Assembly (NCBI GenBank): GCA_021432655.1 | Contig: MU271424.1 | Span: 1-64,000 of the forward strand | Direction of reading: 5' to 3' | Origin: Atractiella rhizophila | Lineage: Eukaryota | DNA: 64,000 bases | Shown here: positions 11,502 to 24,958 of the stretch, in pieces | Layout: each line of letters starts with the position of its first letter | Position numbering within the stretch: position 1 is the first letter of the stretch | Translations under genes and position numbers: made by a program | Notes under the pieces: model-generated | What the model was told of the DNA's origin: nothing | The model's database searches: none | What the model saw: the letters and a program-made list of their open reading frames with translations, nothing else

Positions 11502-14222
11502 TTAGACCTGCATAGCATCTTCGTCGCTTCCCAGCCACAGCAACGTAGCCAACATTCCCGAAGCTCCCACAACAGCCCCAGCCATCCCAGCACTGGTGAG
11601 CTCTAGCGCTCTCTTCCACTTTGGTCGTTTAATTTGCCTCACTTGCTCCGGCGGCACCTGATTCTGCGTATTGAGGTTGAATGGCTCGTCACCTTCATCC
11701 GCCTCCATAGCTGAATGCTTCCGCTTCAGAGTGTGTGGAGTAACTTGAGAAGGGATGTCGTCGACTGAAGCTGGTTCACCCGCAAAGACTTCTGGGACTT
11801 GTAGCTCTTCAGGAAGCAACTGAGTTCTCATTAGAGGTCTGACCTGAGAGGAAAGGAAATGCATACTGGTTGGTCCTTAACAATAGGTTCCAAGTCGCCA
11901 TTAGGGGTAGTAGCTTCAGCAGCTTCAGGTTGGATCCTCGAAGAAAGTTCCACATCCAGGATAACCGCATTACGTTCTGTGGTAGTTGGCGGAGTCGCGA
12001 GTTGAATAGGAATAGTAGGTGGCGTTTGAGGTAATTCAGGGACAGCTTCAGGTTCTTCCGTTCCATCGATGGTGATAACCGTTGGATGAGCAGGTAAAAG
12101 GGATGCCTCCAGTTCCATCTAAATGATAGGTGAGTTGGAGAACATGGAGAAGAAGAGACAAACTTGAACAGGAGGAAGTACGTTGGGCACGTCTTGTACT
12201 GACTCCGCTGTTTCATTAACTTCCTCCATGCCGCCGTCGTCCTCAGAGTCTTTCGTGAGGTCAATATTCGGTAGAGTCTTCGGGCAGGTTTCATATACTT
12301 CCGACACGTCTCCATCCACAGACGATTGTTGGTCCTTCTCAAGGGTAGGAAGGGAAGAACCAGGGGGAGACAAGTTTTCCCAGCTTGACGGAGGAGAAGG
12401 GCTTCTCGGCTGCAGAGGGGCCAACGACTCGGTTATGGGTTGCAGCGGAGGAGACACAAACGGTATGTCATACATGAACTTGAAATCGAAATGGCTATAG
12501 TCGATGGCAGCGAATTTCTTCTTTGTCCGATCAATAGACTCCCCTTCCCCGTGAACAATCTCTTCAAAATCTGGTCCTTCTATGTCCATGAAAGAGGGAG
12601 CGGCCTGCATGTCCATGGACGTGGTCACCGGCGCGAACATGGCAGGATTAGGCAAGAAGGCAGTATTGTTGATGGACGATACGAAACGAGGTGGCGAGTA
12701 ATGCCTAATCATGGGACGATCCGCCAGTCGTTCCAGAGTCTCGACAACGGATGAGGGAGGGCCAGCTGCGAATGCCCCTCGCTCGTACTCTTCAATCGGA
12801 TCGTCCTCGTCCGACTCCTCAGGCAGCCACTGCATTCCGTATCCTGCGTCATGCACTTGAACCCGCATCTCAATGGGATCAATGGCTGGGAGGGCTCGCG
12901 ACTCTATGCGCTTGCCCCATCTGATGATTTGGCCGTTATGAAGCGGATAAGAGTGATTGGGGATGAGAGTTTGAATATGAACATCATTTTCATCGATGAG
13001 GTACGTGCCGTGCGTCGAGGCTAAGTCGGTAAGGTGGGGCTACAGAAGAAAGTTGTTGAGTATTTGTACCCCAACAGATCAGAACCAGATTCATCAAAAG
13101 AAACTGCTCATAACCCCAAGGGAAATATAATTCCAATGAATTTTTCTACTTTTGGTTTCTCAATTGGGTAGCCTGACCCATTTGATAGACCGTAGAGCAA
13201 AGGCAAAAATCTCGGGTTAATTCCCGCTTGTCTTAACAGTCAATGAATCAGGCCATACCGCTACCATAGTCCAAGCCTGACCTGACAAAATGTTCCAAAG
13301 AGACACGAACGCATGCAAACTCGTCGAACTATAAAGAGCAGACGGAAGTACCAGAAGTGATACTGTATAGAGCATTCACGAGTGAGACTTCCATCTTGCT
13401 CCTAGATCTGCAACAGCCTTTCTAACACACGCACAAAAAGTATATTCTACTTCTACGAGGAAACTCATATCAAAGAGACCACTGACCGCAACACTGCTGG
13501 AAACTCGCGCTTCAACTCTCTTCTTCGAGAAGAGAGAGAAAGATCAATCGTGTCTGCAAATGGTAAGAATTAAAACGTCGAGGCCAACACTCTCCGCCCC
13601 TATTCAGCCAGCCCCTTCGCTGTGATTTGAGGATAACCCATCTTCAGAATAAAATAGCAACGCAGTACACCTTGACTCATTTTTGCCACCAAAGCAAACT
13701 TGGACAGGTATGGAGCAACTGAGTCCGTATGAGGGAGAATAATGGCAGTGTCCCACAGGTAGAAACGAAGGAACAAGCTCGTAGAAGCAGACAGAAACGA
13801 TTCCAGCGAGCGACTGAGCGGTCGATGAACAGAGTTTCAAGCAAAGAAATGAGCAAGACTGCACGGACGAGGAGGTCCTATGCTCGTACAAATAACACAA
13901 GCGAAACAAAACTCCGTCGGCACCAAACACAGACCCCTTTCCGATTCCATCTCCAAGGGGAAAGCGCTCACCTTGTCATCTTTCCACTCCAACCTGGCAT
14001 GATTGCGGCTCATAACATCACATCCATCTAGCCTAAATTTTCCCAGAGACTCCTTCTCCGTCTCCCTATTGTCCCTATACGCTCTTCCAAAAACAACAGG
14101 TCCATCGTCCCTATCATGAATGATCTCCGATCAGTTTCCTACGCACATCAAAAACGAGAGACGTACGAGGTGTAATAAAAGGTCTGATCGCTATGTAAGT
14201 GTCTGAGAGTCAAAGTAGCCAT
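11502..14222 (-). CDS. FHA-domain protein with acidic/Pro-rich linker and C-terminal TM helix
   Basis: MATLTL...VVFGRA...VMSRNHARLEWKDDK|PHLTDLASTHGTY...LHNGQIIRWG has the FHA GR, SRxH and HGT motifs. The domain is split by intron 13040-13971. Tail GMAGAVVGASGMLATLLWL. Confidence 0.85.
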
Positions 14223-14312
14223 GGTGGTCGCCTTCTGTGGTTGTTGGAAGGAGGGTTGTGAGCAGGTCCCACTTATCAGTGCTGCGCCGAGATCGGAAGC
14301 GCAAAGTGAGGA

Positions 14313-14351
14313 GTCGCGCGCGTGAGCGCGTATCGACGTGACGCGCCAATC
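14313..14351. promoter_or_regulatory. CGCG-rich (MCB-like) cluster plus CCAAT in divergent promoter
   Basis: gtcgcgcgcgtgagcgcgtatcgacgtgacgcgccaatc lies between the divergent FHA and deaminase genes. Confidence 0.35.
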
Positions 14352-14665
14352 CCAACTTCGACAAAGTTTCCACCAAAGACCAAAGACGTAAGAGCCTTGT
14401 GGCTACTAGAGAGCTCATCCATCAGTGATATATCGGCCCAAAAGGAGGTAACGGTTTCCCGTCTGAAACTTCTGAGAGGAGGTGAATTGTGAATTGGGTA
14501 AGATTGAGCTCCGAGTCAGCAAGCTCGAAGCTCGCGCAAGTCTACAAGCAAGTGGGTCTCTTGCCGAGGACTACTTAATGCCTCGGTTGATTTGGATCTG
14601 CAGATTTCGCAGAATCACCAGAACCCGTCGTTCAACATTCTCTCTGCTGACCCTCACATATAGAC

Positions 14666-16890
14666 ATGGAGGAATATCGTCGAAATCGCGATACATTGCT
14701 TGCCAAAGAAAGGGCACTTCATTTTGCCTCTGATTTGAAAGGTTCATTCTCCCAGATCTAGAGATTAATAGTGTCCTAATTATCTTGAATATGTACAGCT
14801 CTGAATGAGAAAGAGCAACGTGCAAGAGACATCATAGAGAAGATTAGGGATCATGAGAACCAACAACTTTGGGAAGATGAGCCTGGACAGCCCTTTTTAC
14901 CGTTTGTCCAATTCTTCATTTGTGTAAGCTGCTTGCTGAGATGCTATTACAGATCTCGAGAAAAAATCTTGTCTTCGAAATTATTTAGCATTATTAAGAA
15001 GGTGCACATGCGCTCTCTGACGAATTCCAGCTGATCCTTTGTTCAGATGCCGAAAGGCGCGCTGCTGCACACTCACTTTGATGCGACGCTCTCTCAAGAA
15101 GGCCTAATCGACATCGCGCTCACATATCCGAACGTCTGCATTTCGTTCCCATCCTTACTCACCCCAGAGAAGCTCTCAACTCTAGATATCCCCTATCTGT
15201 TAGCGACAGACGTTCCGTTTACCTTCAAAGTGTTTCCTCCTTCCTCCCCATATCTCTCAAGCTTCTCTGGCGACATCCGTAAGGTGGAATGGGACGTTTC
15301 TTCCCCCTCTTATTCTCCAGGATCTTTTATTCCTCTGAAGCTGGCTCAACAATGCTTTGGCGGTGGCGGAAAGGAGGACGCGTTNNNNNNNNNNNNNNNN
15401 NNNNNNNNNNNNNNNNNNNNNNNNNNNNNNNNNNNNNNNNNNNNNNNNNNNNNNNNNNNNNNNNNNNNNNNNNNNNNNNNNNNNNNNNNNNNNNNNNNNN
15501 NNNNNNNNNNNNNNNNNNNNNNNNNNNNNNNNNNNNNNNNNNNNNNNNNNNNNNNNNNNNNNNNNNNNNNNNNNNNNNNNNNNNNNNNNNNNNNNNNNNN
15601 NNNNNNNNNNNNNNNNNNNNNNNNNNNNNNNNNNNNNNNNNNNNNNNNNNNNNNNNNNNNNNNNNNNNNNNNNNNNNNNNNNNNNNNNNNNNNNNNNNNN
15701 NNNNNNNNNNNNNNNNNNNNNNNNNNNNNNNNNNNNNNNNNNNNNNNNNNNNNNNNNNNNNNNNNNNNNNNNNNNNNNNNNNNNNNNNNNNNNNNNNNNN
15801 NNNNNNNNNNNNNNNNNNNNNNNNNNNNNNNNNNNNNNNNNNNNNNNNNNNNNNNNNNNNNNNNNNNNNTTGCATCGAAATGAAAACACGCGCTTCCCAG
15901 ACTGATTTGCGGTTTTCGATCTCATTGGGAAAGAAGGTTGGTTCTTCCCTCTTGGACCTGACCAAAAAGAAAATCCAGACTTCACAGATGAGTTGCGGAA
16001 TCTCATCGACTACATCGAAGATTTCCCTTTGGTTTAAGAATACAGTCAAAGAAGCGAAGTTGGACATACCTCTCATCTTGCACGCTGGCGAAACTGTGGA
16101 GCTGCTTTGCTTTATTCAGTAACGCAGGCTAAACGATCAATAGAAAGGGGACGGGGATGCATCAGATCAAAATTTATATGATGCTTTACTGCTTGGCTCT
16201 AAGCGGATAGGACACGGGTTCGTACCTCCCCACTTCGTTCATCACCACTGAAAGAGAAACAGGACTTCGCTTGTCAAACACCCGGTCCTCATGCAGATGG
16301 TAAAGGACAAAGACATTCGTGAGCATTTTATCCTTTCACTTTGGATAGCTCAATCTTGCGTCTAGTGCTAGAAGTGTGTCCCATATCGAACGAAGTTCTG
16401 CGATTCTCTGGAACAGTGCCCACGCATGTTCGTCCTGTCTTCCCAACTATCTCTTCTTCGAACTCACATTTGGCCCTTTAGCCCTATCCCATTCTCTTCA
16501 ATCACGGCATTAAATGTGCACTAAGTAGCGATGATGGCGGCCAGATACAGAATGTTGGCTTGTCGTTCGACTTTTATCAGGTACTGCAAGGATCGCGGCA
16601 GACGGATCTGTTTGCTTTGAAGAAGCTTGCACGACAAAGCATTGAGGCGTGTCTTCGTTCCACAGATCAGGAGATTAGCTGATGGGAAGCAGTATTCTGA
16701 GCTGAACGAGGAAAATAAAGCTGGGTGCCTCGCTTCCTTTGAGAAACGGTTTGAGCTCTACTTGGAGGAGATCCTTCGCTTTGGAGAACAGCTGGGAGAA
16801 CTCAAAATTGTGGATGAAGGGCCAATTCGAGGGAGTTATCACAACAAAGCTGCTTCAGATTATGTTGTTGGATTAAAATCATCGAATTGA
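14666..16890 (+). CDS. Adenosine deaminase-related (ADGF/ADA2-like) protein, interrupted by N gap
   Basis: MPKGALLHTHFDAT, LHAGET, KRIGHG, EVCPISNEVL, LSSDD motifs. Confidence 0.9.
15385..15869. other. Assembly gap (N run)
   Basis: Run of n. Confidence 1.
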
Positions 16891-17036
16891 AAGTTGAATG
16901 TAACACAAAGGCTTTGTGACAATGAATGTGAAATATCTCCTTAGGTGTTCAAGTTACCGAAAGGTAAAGCGCTGAAACTTGCCACCTCACGCTCATCCAG
17001 TTCTGTTGAGTGCGACAGTTACAGCTTCGACACACA

Positions 17037-18496
17037 CTATGAGTTGGAAGAGGGAGAATGGAGGAAAGAACAAGATAGTTCGCATTGCAGCAGCTCCATT
17101 GAGACAACAAACAAATACACCATGGTTAACTCATGTAGTAAGACAACAGATGATACTTCTGTAGTCCCGCTCAAAGAAAGGCAATCTTCTTCAGGTCCAA
17201 CACTTCCAGTTCCACGCAACAATAGACAAGAAAGAACAAAACTCAGCGCTAAGTACGTCGTTATCGTGATGTTCATTGAGTAGGGAAACCAATGGCTTAG
17301 AAGTCTAAGAAACAAGCTTCAGCGATTGGTGGAAAAAAGAGGATTGACCCACTCGTCCTTCCCATTGCTACACCTGAAACATTCGGGTCGATGAAAATCT
17401 GCTGAGGGGTAATAGAGGGGTCGGCGGCAACGACGAAAGCTGTCCACAGGAATAACGTTAAAAAGTCTTGAGCAATGAGCCATTACCTACTCGAGGGGGA
17501 GAAATCAGAGAAATAGATCGGTAGCTGCCAGGCCTGAGCGGGAACAAGAGCAACGGCTAAAAATTGGTGTTAGTTGAAGAAAATGGTAACATATTGTAGG
17601 GAACAGGACTTACTTCCCGGAGTAGGACTCGAACCGACAGCGAGAGTATTATGAGGAACAGGTGAGCTGGATGTATCAGCTGCGGGGATAGCAGCCGTTG
17701 GGGAAGGAGAGGCAGAAGGAACCAGAGCTACAGTCTGAGGTGTGGCAGGAGCAACGGACGCAGACGGGAGCTGTGCGTAAGTCGCGATGACTTGAACTGA
17801 CGACGCTGGGAAGCGGTGAAAAATAGCTGTGGGAAAGAGAAATAGCCCACGAGGTGCCAAGGTTGCTACAGGAGGGAGAGAATAACCAGTCACAGCTATG
17901 GGAACAGCTAAACCAGCAAATATCCATCCGAAGGCCGGTTAAGAGATGGATTTGACTCAAGAAGCTACTTACGAGAAGTTGCTGTGACGGTAGCTTCGAC
18001 GTGCGAAGGAGGAGGAGAAGGGGGAGGAACATTGGCTGCTGGAAGAGGAGTAACGTCAGATAAAGGGCCAAACTGACAGAGGAAATTACACACCGTGACC
18101 ATAGAGGTTATAAACCAATATCTGAAGTAAAGGTGCCTCCGCCATGTTTCCAGGCAACTCACCTAGTTTCCTTCTCATGGTATCAATCTGGCTTCACGGT
18201 GCTCCAGAGTGTAATAGAGCTGTCGAGGAGCAGATAAAGGAGGATCATGGGCAGGGCATTTTATATCTCGACAGTCATCGCTGGGTACCTCTAATTCGGG
18301 AGGAGGTTGCAAAGGAGACTTCACCCAATACCGGATCAATTGAAGCCTACGCCGCTGAAGTTTCTTAGTTTATGCCCAAGTAGATACATGTGCAAATGTT
18401 ACCGAACTTAACCTGAACAAGGAGATTCGAGCTCACTTTATCTTGGTCACGGACAGTTTGGAATGATCAGAGTCCACTGTATCGTGTTGGAACATG
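17037..18496 (-). CDS. Hypothetical multi-exon Pro/Ser/Thr-rich protein; boundaries uncertain
   Basis: Short ORFs with P/S/T/A-rich translations bounded by GT-AG signals. No recognisable family. Confidence 0.3.
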
Positions 18497-19386
18497 GGGG
18501 GATGATAAGAGGCAAGAAAAACAAAAGAAACTCAACAGAGATAGTTTCAGCCTTAGGGTCCAGCATCGGCAAAAGAAGACCCCGTACCCCTATCGCAAAA
18601 AATATTAGCGGGTGGTTTTGTACTTATGTCTCAGGGTCCAAGCGTAAGAAGGAAGGATCCGTTAACAAGGACCGTTGTTTGGTCACCACACGTGACCCGA
18701 AAGTATGGAATCGTCACTCCCGTCAACTCCGCCACGCGTTTAACAACTTTGCAGCCTGAACAAAAAAACATTTCTATACTTCATGACTTAACCGGAAACT
18801 TGAAGGGAACGAAAATGAGGCTGGTGGGGGCGTCCTCCTCATTTCATTGCTTGCTCTTTCCCCCAAAGTGTCTCAACTCTTTCCTTGAGCTTGAATGATT
18901 CTGTAGAGGACGCTATCGATCAGAAGCTCTGCTGGTCCTCAAGGAAGCGGAGCGGAAGGTCATGAAAGACAATATTGCGCTGTGATTCATTTTGCCAAAT
19001 CAGCCTTTGCATTTTTGATTAGTTCTGATACTATGTTTGAGCAGCTTCTCGCTCCGGAGAGAGTATAATAAAAAGATAGTTAACACGTCAAAGAACTTTG
19101 AGCTTCCCGAATCCGCAAGTTGTGCTATCGCCACATCACTGTAAGGCAGCGAGTAGAAGCAAATATATGCGCAACACTGAAGCAGGTTGTGTGATCTCGA
19201 AAAAAGAAGATGTGAAATGCATTGCATACTCAAGGCGTACCCTCGCGTTTCGAAATACTGCCAATACAGAACGAACTCAACCCAATGTGTTCCTTGAGTA
19301 GCTCCTCAATCATGTGCTGCAAATTGAGGGAGAACAATAAATTTATTTCATACAGCAGGGACTACATCCTCGGGAGATGGTTACTA

Positions 19387-20020
19387 TTACCCAAAGCAAA
19401 GGAAGAATGGCTTCATATCGTTCCAACGGCCACAGTCCAAAGCAGATGTATCTACTCCCATCAAACAATTAGCCAATCCCTCATACATCTTGAAAAGCCA
19501 AAAGACGCAGTCTTCTCTTTCCACATTCCATCGGAATGGTGGAAGGGCTTTCAGAAAAGAAAGTAATTGTGGTTTCCTCACGATTTGAATAGGAGAGATT
19601 CCCACTTTCGACTTGGTTTTCATCATATAGCACCTCCAGTAGAAGACTGTGTCCTTTGGCTGAGGAATATGAAGGAAAAGCTCACCCTTCACAGGAAGAA
19701 GAGGATCGCGCACCAATTTTGTGTGCTTCATTCTTTCTTCGATTGAAATCCCTTTTGTGATATCCCATTCTTCATCAGGCTCTTCATATTCTCTCCACTC
19801 CTGCGAAACCTTCAACGCTTGCTGTAGCGCCTGACGTTCCTATACCCATGATATGAAACATTCGTTGATGCTGTTGACAGATTTTTCTTTTCTTCTGCGG
19901 AACCTTGTGGTGTATCTTCGAAAACGTGATCAAAACGACCACCTCCGTTTCCAACCTTCCACTCTCTCTTGACTCTCTCTCGGTCGGTGTAGCTCTGCAG
20001 CAGTTCAGGCTACGTTGTTT
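19387..20020 (-). CDS. Hypothetical protein (partial; more exons likely on both sides)
   Basis: 142-aa open exon with natural composition (W/E/K-rich) and an upstream exon ending in a GT donor. Confidence 0.4.
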
Positions 20021-20658
20021 ATTAGGGTGTATACCACAAGAACTTCCTGGCTGCCAGTGGTCAGTATTTCCTTAGTGCTCTTATCTCCTTTGTCCTTTAT
20101 CGATATCGATTCTCGTCAGCGTTCAACTCACCGCAGTTTGCCTTTGCAAGTCTTTCTTCGCGAAAGCTCCTGAATCCAGCCACTTGGGGCTTGGAGCTCG
20201 CAGCTTACATGGTATCATCCATATAGCAACCGTTGAACGGCAAAGCATTTTCAACCGTTTCTATTTCCTTCTGTTGATCGCCATCGTCTGTATTACCCCG
20301 CAGGCCCTGTGGCATCTTCAGTTATCCACCAAACTTTTCTGGCCTGAATCGGTGAAACAGTCAGGCGCTCAAGAATGGAACCGTGCGACACTACATTTGC
20401 CGAAGGCATGTTGGAGCGGATTAGACGTAGCACCGAGGTTGGTCGAGCGTCGTTTGCCCGCGCCAAACGAAGCTATAAATTCCCCACACCTTTCCATCTC
20501 TTTTTTCCCTTTGCCTCCCTTCCATCCTCAGCGTGAAGCTAGGCATAATTTCTGACGGTTGTTGTTGCAGTATCTCACTCTTTCAAGCCCATCCACTCTT
20601 TTGTAAATCTCCAGAGCCACACCAGTATCACCGAACCGGAAGATACGATCTTTGAACA

Positions 20659-21765
20659 ATGCAACTCCTCTCTTTCTCCTCTATCGCTCTTGCGACTGTC
20701 ACTCTCGTCAACGCTGGGCACCTACCGATATATCACAATGGACATCATCTCTCCAAGAGAGCGTACAGTGGTCAAGCAACTTTCTGGGATGTCGAAGGTT
20801 CGTTGGTGTTGATTCTGGCTGTGGTGGAGATTGGCTGATTGGAGTTTGGATGGACAGACTCGGAAGTCGCTTGCGGAGGATACTACAAGCACACTCAATC
20901 CGTTGTCGGTATGTCTTATTCTGCTTTCTTCGAATTGACGACTTAAGCCGGTGCGATGGTCTAGCTCTCAACTTTGAGCAATATGGAAACCCGGATGCTC
21001 GCTCTTCCTTCTGCGGGAAGACTGTAAAGATTACATACCAAGGTTCGCCACTCCCTTCTCCGCACTCTTGTATTCTCAACTTCCACCAGGAAAGTCTAAG
21101 ACCGCCGTTGTCGTCGATGCTTGCGAGGCTTGTGGATACGGAGGACTTGACATGTCTACCTCTCTCTTCAACTTCTTCGAAGATCCAGTCGTCGGTCTCT
21201 TCCACGTACGTTTCCTCCCACCATTTATGCCAGTGTTTCCCTCAACATTTTGGACAGATGAGCTGGACCGTGGTCGGTGCGGATTCCGGAGACGATGGCG
21301 ACGACGACTCTGGAGATGACGATGAGCCCAAGACGACCTCAAAGGCAAAACCGAAGACAACCAGCTCGAAGGAACAGCCAACGACGTCCTACAAGCCGAA
21401 ACCTACAACCACGTCCAAGTACACTCCTCCCCCAGAGCCCACAACGACGAGCACCAAGTCGAGCTCCACTGTAATTAGCACCAGTGCCTCCCTTAACTCC
21501 ACCATCAGCGGTACCACCAGCGGAAACTCTACTGTGAGTGCGACGGGTACCAAGTCCGGCGCAAAGCCTACCGGAACTGGGAAGGGGAGTGCGAATGCGT
21601 CTTATGAGCTTGATGGCGTCTTGAACACTGTCAATCAGTTCGTCCTGGGCATGGTGAGTTTCTCCCTTCCCGCACTCTCACAACGGAGCTGAGTGCTGAC
21701 TGCTCATGGTGGAACAGGCCGGTCTCTCCGCTCAACTTGCGGAACTGGGTGCCGCCGCTAATTAG
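20659..21765 (+). CDS. Secreted expansin-like/RlpA double-psi beta-barrel protein with Ser/Thr/Lys-rich tail
   Basis: Signal peptide, KR site, SGQATF..ACG..CGKTVKITY..VVDACEACGYGGLDMSTSLF, then a low-complexity tail. Confidence 0.88.
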
Positions 21766-23760
21766 TGACAGATAGCATACCTACCGGATCATCATACCTT
21801 TGTCCGATATATCATGGATTGAGGATCATTCCATCTTATCTTTCTCTCTTTATTGATGTTTATGATATCATGAGATGGAGCGGGACTCAATACCTATACC
21901 CAACTTTCGATTTTCGCGTTGACTAGTTGATGGCATACGCATTAGCACTCTTTGTCGGTCTGATGTTGATGTTGGTGTGTCGTGGAGTGATTGAATTGTT
22001 GCTGACTGTTTGATCGCTTCTTTATCTAACTTATTTTCGATTTCGAAATGCATCCCTGGTTTTTCCTATATACTTCTCGCTGGTTCTCCAAATCACGACG
22101 CAACGCCCATTGGATCAAACAAAATTATTGCACAGCATGTAAACCCATCCATCTCCCTCTTCCACCCTCCAACCAAGAGGTGTTCTGAGTCTATTTCAGC
22201 TCTTTCTTAGCAGCACTGACCAGATGCTGAGCCTCTGCCTTCGTCGCCTCTACTGCATGCTTCGCTTCTGCCTTCCCATCCTCTATGGCGCTCTTACCTG
22301 ACCCTGATCCTACATATCTATTGCCAGTGCAAAGTCAGTTGAACTGTTGAAGGTGAAAGGAGAGCGATGACAAACCCGTGGTGGTTCAGAAACCGAAACA
22401 ACTGGACCGATTGTGCCGAAGCGTTTGTTGCGTGGCTAATTCCAGCTTTAAGAACTCGAAGCATAGTAAATGACAGAAAAGCACCATGCAAAGAGCCTAT
22501 GATTCGCATTGTTCAGCCAGCTAGCCTTCCTGTTGGCGAAAAAGTAGACTCACAAGTAATTTCGAGGCTGCACCATCCACGCTGATCATACACAATTCGT
22601 CATCTCATACCGTTTTCATTGATCGCTGGAAAGGGCTCACCAAACCGCATAAAAACCATTCTATTCTCGGCCTCAGCCCGTGCAGCTAAAGACGGGAGGG
22701 AGTCCACTCACGAGTATGAAGCAAGAGCGGTGGTCATGGGACCCGAAATGAGATCAGGTTCTTTGCGAATGTCTGCTAGGGCGGCCAGCGGAAGGCCCCA
22801 ATTGGCTACCTTTGTACACACAACTCTCAACCCAACCAGTCCTCGTGTGACACGGAATGGAAGACTTACTGGTCCCCAACTTCACCACATACCGAAACAA
22901 GTATTTAGACCTCATACGCAATGCCAAATAGGGTTAAGAAATGTACAAATGTGTACTCATAAAGTAGTCCCGCGCAGCTGGCGAGCGAAGCCAGGCAAAG
23001 AAAGTCGCCATGTCGTAATAGGCTGTTTTCTGCTTGCGTTCAGGTCAGATCACGGAGTTGAGATGGTCTACAGGAACGCGCACGAGATGAAGCTCTAACT
23101 GGTCAAGCGAGGTCGTGCCCTTGAGTGAAAGAATGTCGAGTCGTTGTGGAAATTCTTCATCTTCCTCTCCGAGTTCGGCGATGCTGGAAGATCGGGCCGT
23201 TCAAACCCAACTTTTCCAATCCGCCAAAACTCTAGTATACCCGACCAAAGTGAACACATCCACGAACTGGACAAACCCGATCTAGTAGTTCGTGATGTGG
23301 GAAGTACCACGGCGGGTGCTCGCAGTAGTCATGACAGACGCAGACAAAGCAACTTGAGTGGCTCGTCGGGTCGGAAGAGAGTGCAACAATGCTCACTTTT
23401 TCACTACGGAGAGGTTGATTTGGATTTACAAGAACACAGTTCCGTCCTGCTTTCTGTGCCCCCTCCAGTCGGGAAGCACGCCGCCAAGCAGTGGCCAGCA
23501 AGTACCTTCAGTCGTCTTCTGCTTTCACAGCGTAATGCCTGCGCTTTTACCTTTGAGACCTGATTGTCGAAATCGTCTTCACTGTCATCACGAACTATCC
23601 CAGACGCATGTGTAAGTTATGTCGTACATGTAATGCACTTCTTCCCGAAAGAATACAAAAACGGTATGGAGAGAAGTTGGCAACTCCTTCTTATCGCTTC
23701 TTTAGCAAAGTAAAATTTGAATCCATTTACGAATCTCTGGACTCAACTATGCTTTACAAG

Positions 23761-24958
23761 ATGCCTGTCCTTAGTGGAGGGGTCGCGACGAGAAGCGTAG
23801 GTTTGCATTGTTAGCAGCTTAAAGCTCTTTCTTATCGCAACTGCAGGATCTGGTGCCTACAATAATATTTCTGGTGCTCTTCGTCCTCCTTACATTCCTA
23901 TCGTTCTGGAACCTCTTTCTCAATCGTCCCAGACGAGCATTGGCGTTCGCTCCACATCCGCTTGTGCTGGCTACCATTGGACGGACACCTTTTCTCTGCT
24001 TGCATCTCGCTCAGGCGCTGGGACACGGCAGAGACAGCAAGGCGATCACAATCATCAAAGAAGGCCAGATAACGATAGCTTATTTCACCCTCATATTCGC
24101 AATGTTGGAACTCCTCCCGAACCTCACGGAAAGGGCATATGGGGAGAAATATATCTCATTGGGTCGATATATCGTCAAAATTTTAAAGGTAGTTCCTTCA
24201 TCTCACCCTGTGAAAGAAAGCTGACAATTTATTGGCAGGTGTTGCTACTATGCGCAGTACGTCTGCTTCTTGTGCATTCGAGAAGTTGATTATGAAGAAG
24301 TCATTAAAGCTGGTCATGGGAATAATCTCAGTCTTCTTCTGGTGGGATGCACGCTCTGGGGATCTTGGGCGACAACGAACTGTACACAAGCTTCGTTTCC
24401 TAGCCGCATTCATCCCATGGACGATAGTCTCCACCTTCTTCACAACCCTTCTCTTCTTCTACTTCGAGAGAAGCTACTGTCTCCGAACGGGGAAGCCGCG
24501 CCTCTTCAACTGGGCGCGCTATTTTGGCCCCGACGCCGATTATAGCATGATCTCAAAGGAATATCTACTCTTTCCTTTGATCGTAACGTTCGCTTTGGTA
24601 ATGCTCTTTTCAAGCAGGAAGAGAACATTATTAACGGAGGGAACAGTCAGTTCTGACGTTCTATAAACTCGTCATCTCCGTCCTCGTCCTCGTTCCCACT
24701 CCACAAGACGCTTCTGCATACCCCTTGCCCATGGAACTATTTTACTCTACCGTGCGCTCCAGGACACTCTTCTACATCCTCCAGCTCCTCATGGAGTGCA
24801 TCGCTATCTCAGCCTTCGCTTTCTTCGATTTAAGGAGGATATATGGGCTTGGTGGTCACTATGGTCTAGAGTTCAAGAGACCAGAGAAGAGGAATCCTGC
24901 AACAGATCAAAGCAGTGGCAATGTGACCCAAATGCAAGTACAGGTAAGAAGCGTTTAA
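23761..24958 (+). CDS. Multi-exon polytopic membrane protein, paralog of 258-1402
   Basis: MPVLSGGVATRS|DLVPTIIFLVLF...TIGRTPFLCLHLAQALGHGRDSKAITIIKEGQ...LFYSTVRSRTLFYILQLLMECIA. Confidence 0.7.

Noticed and set aside
21900..23700. Several 60-160-aa ORFs
   Set aside because: No recognisable motifs or consistent exon chain; cannot be supported as genes.
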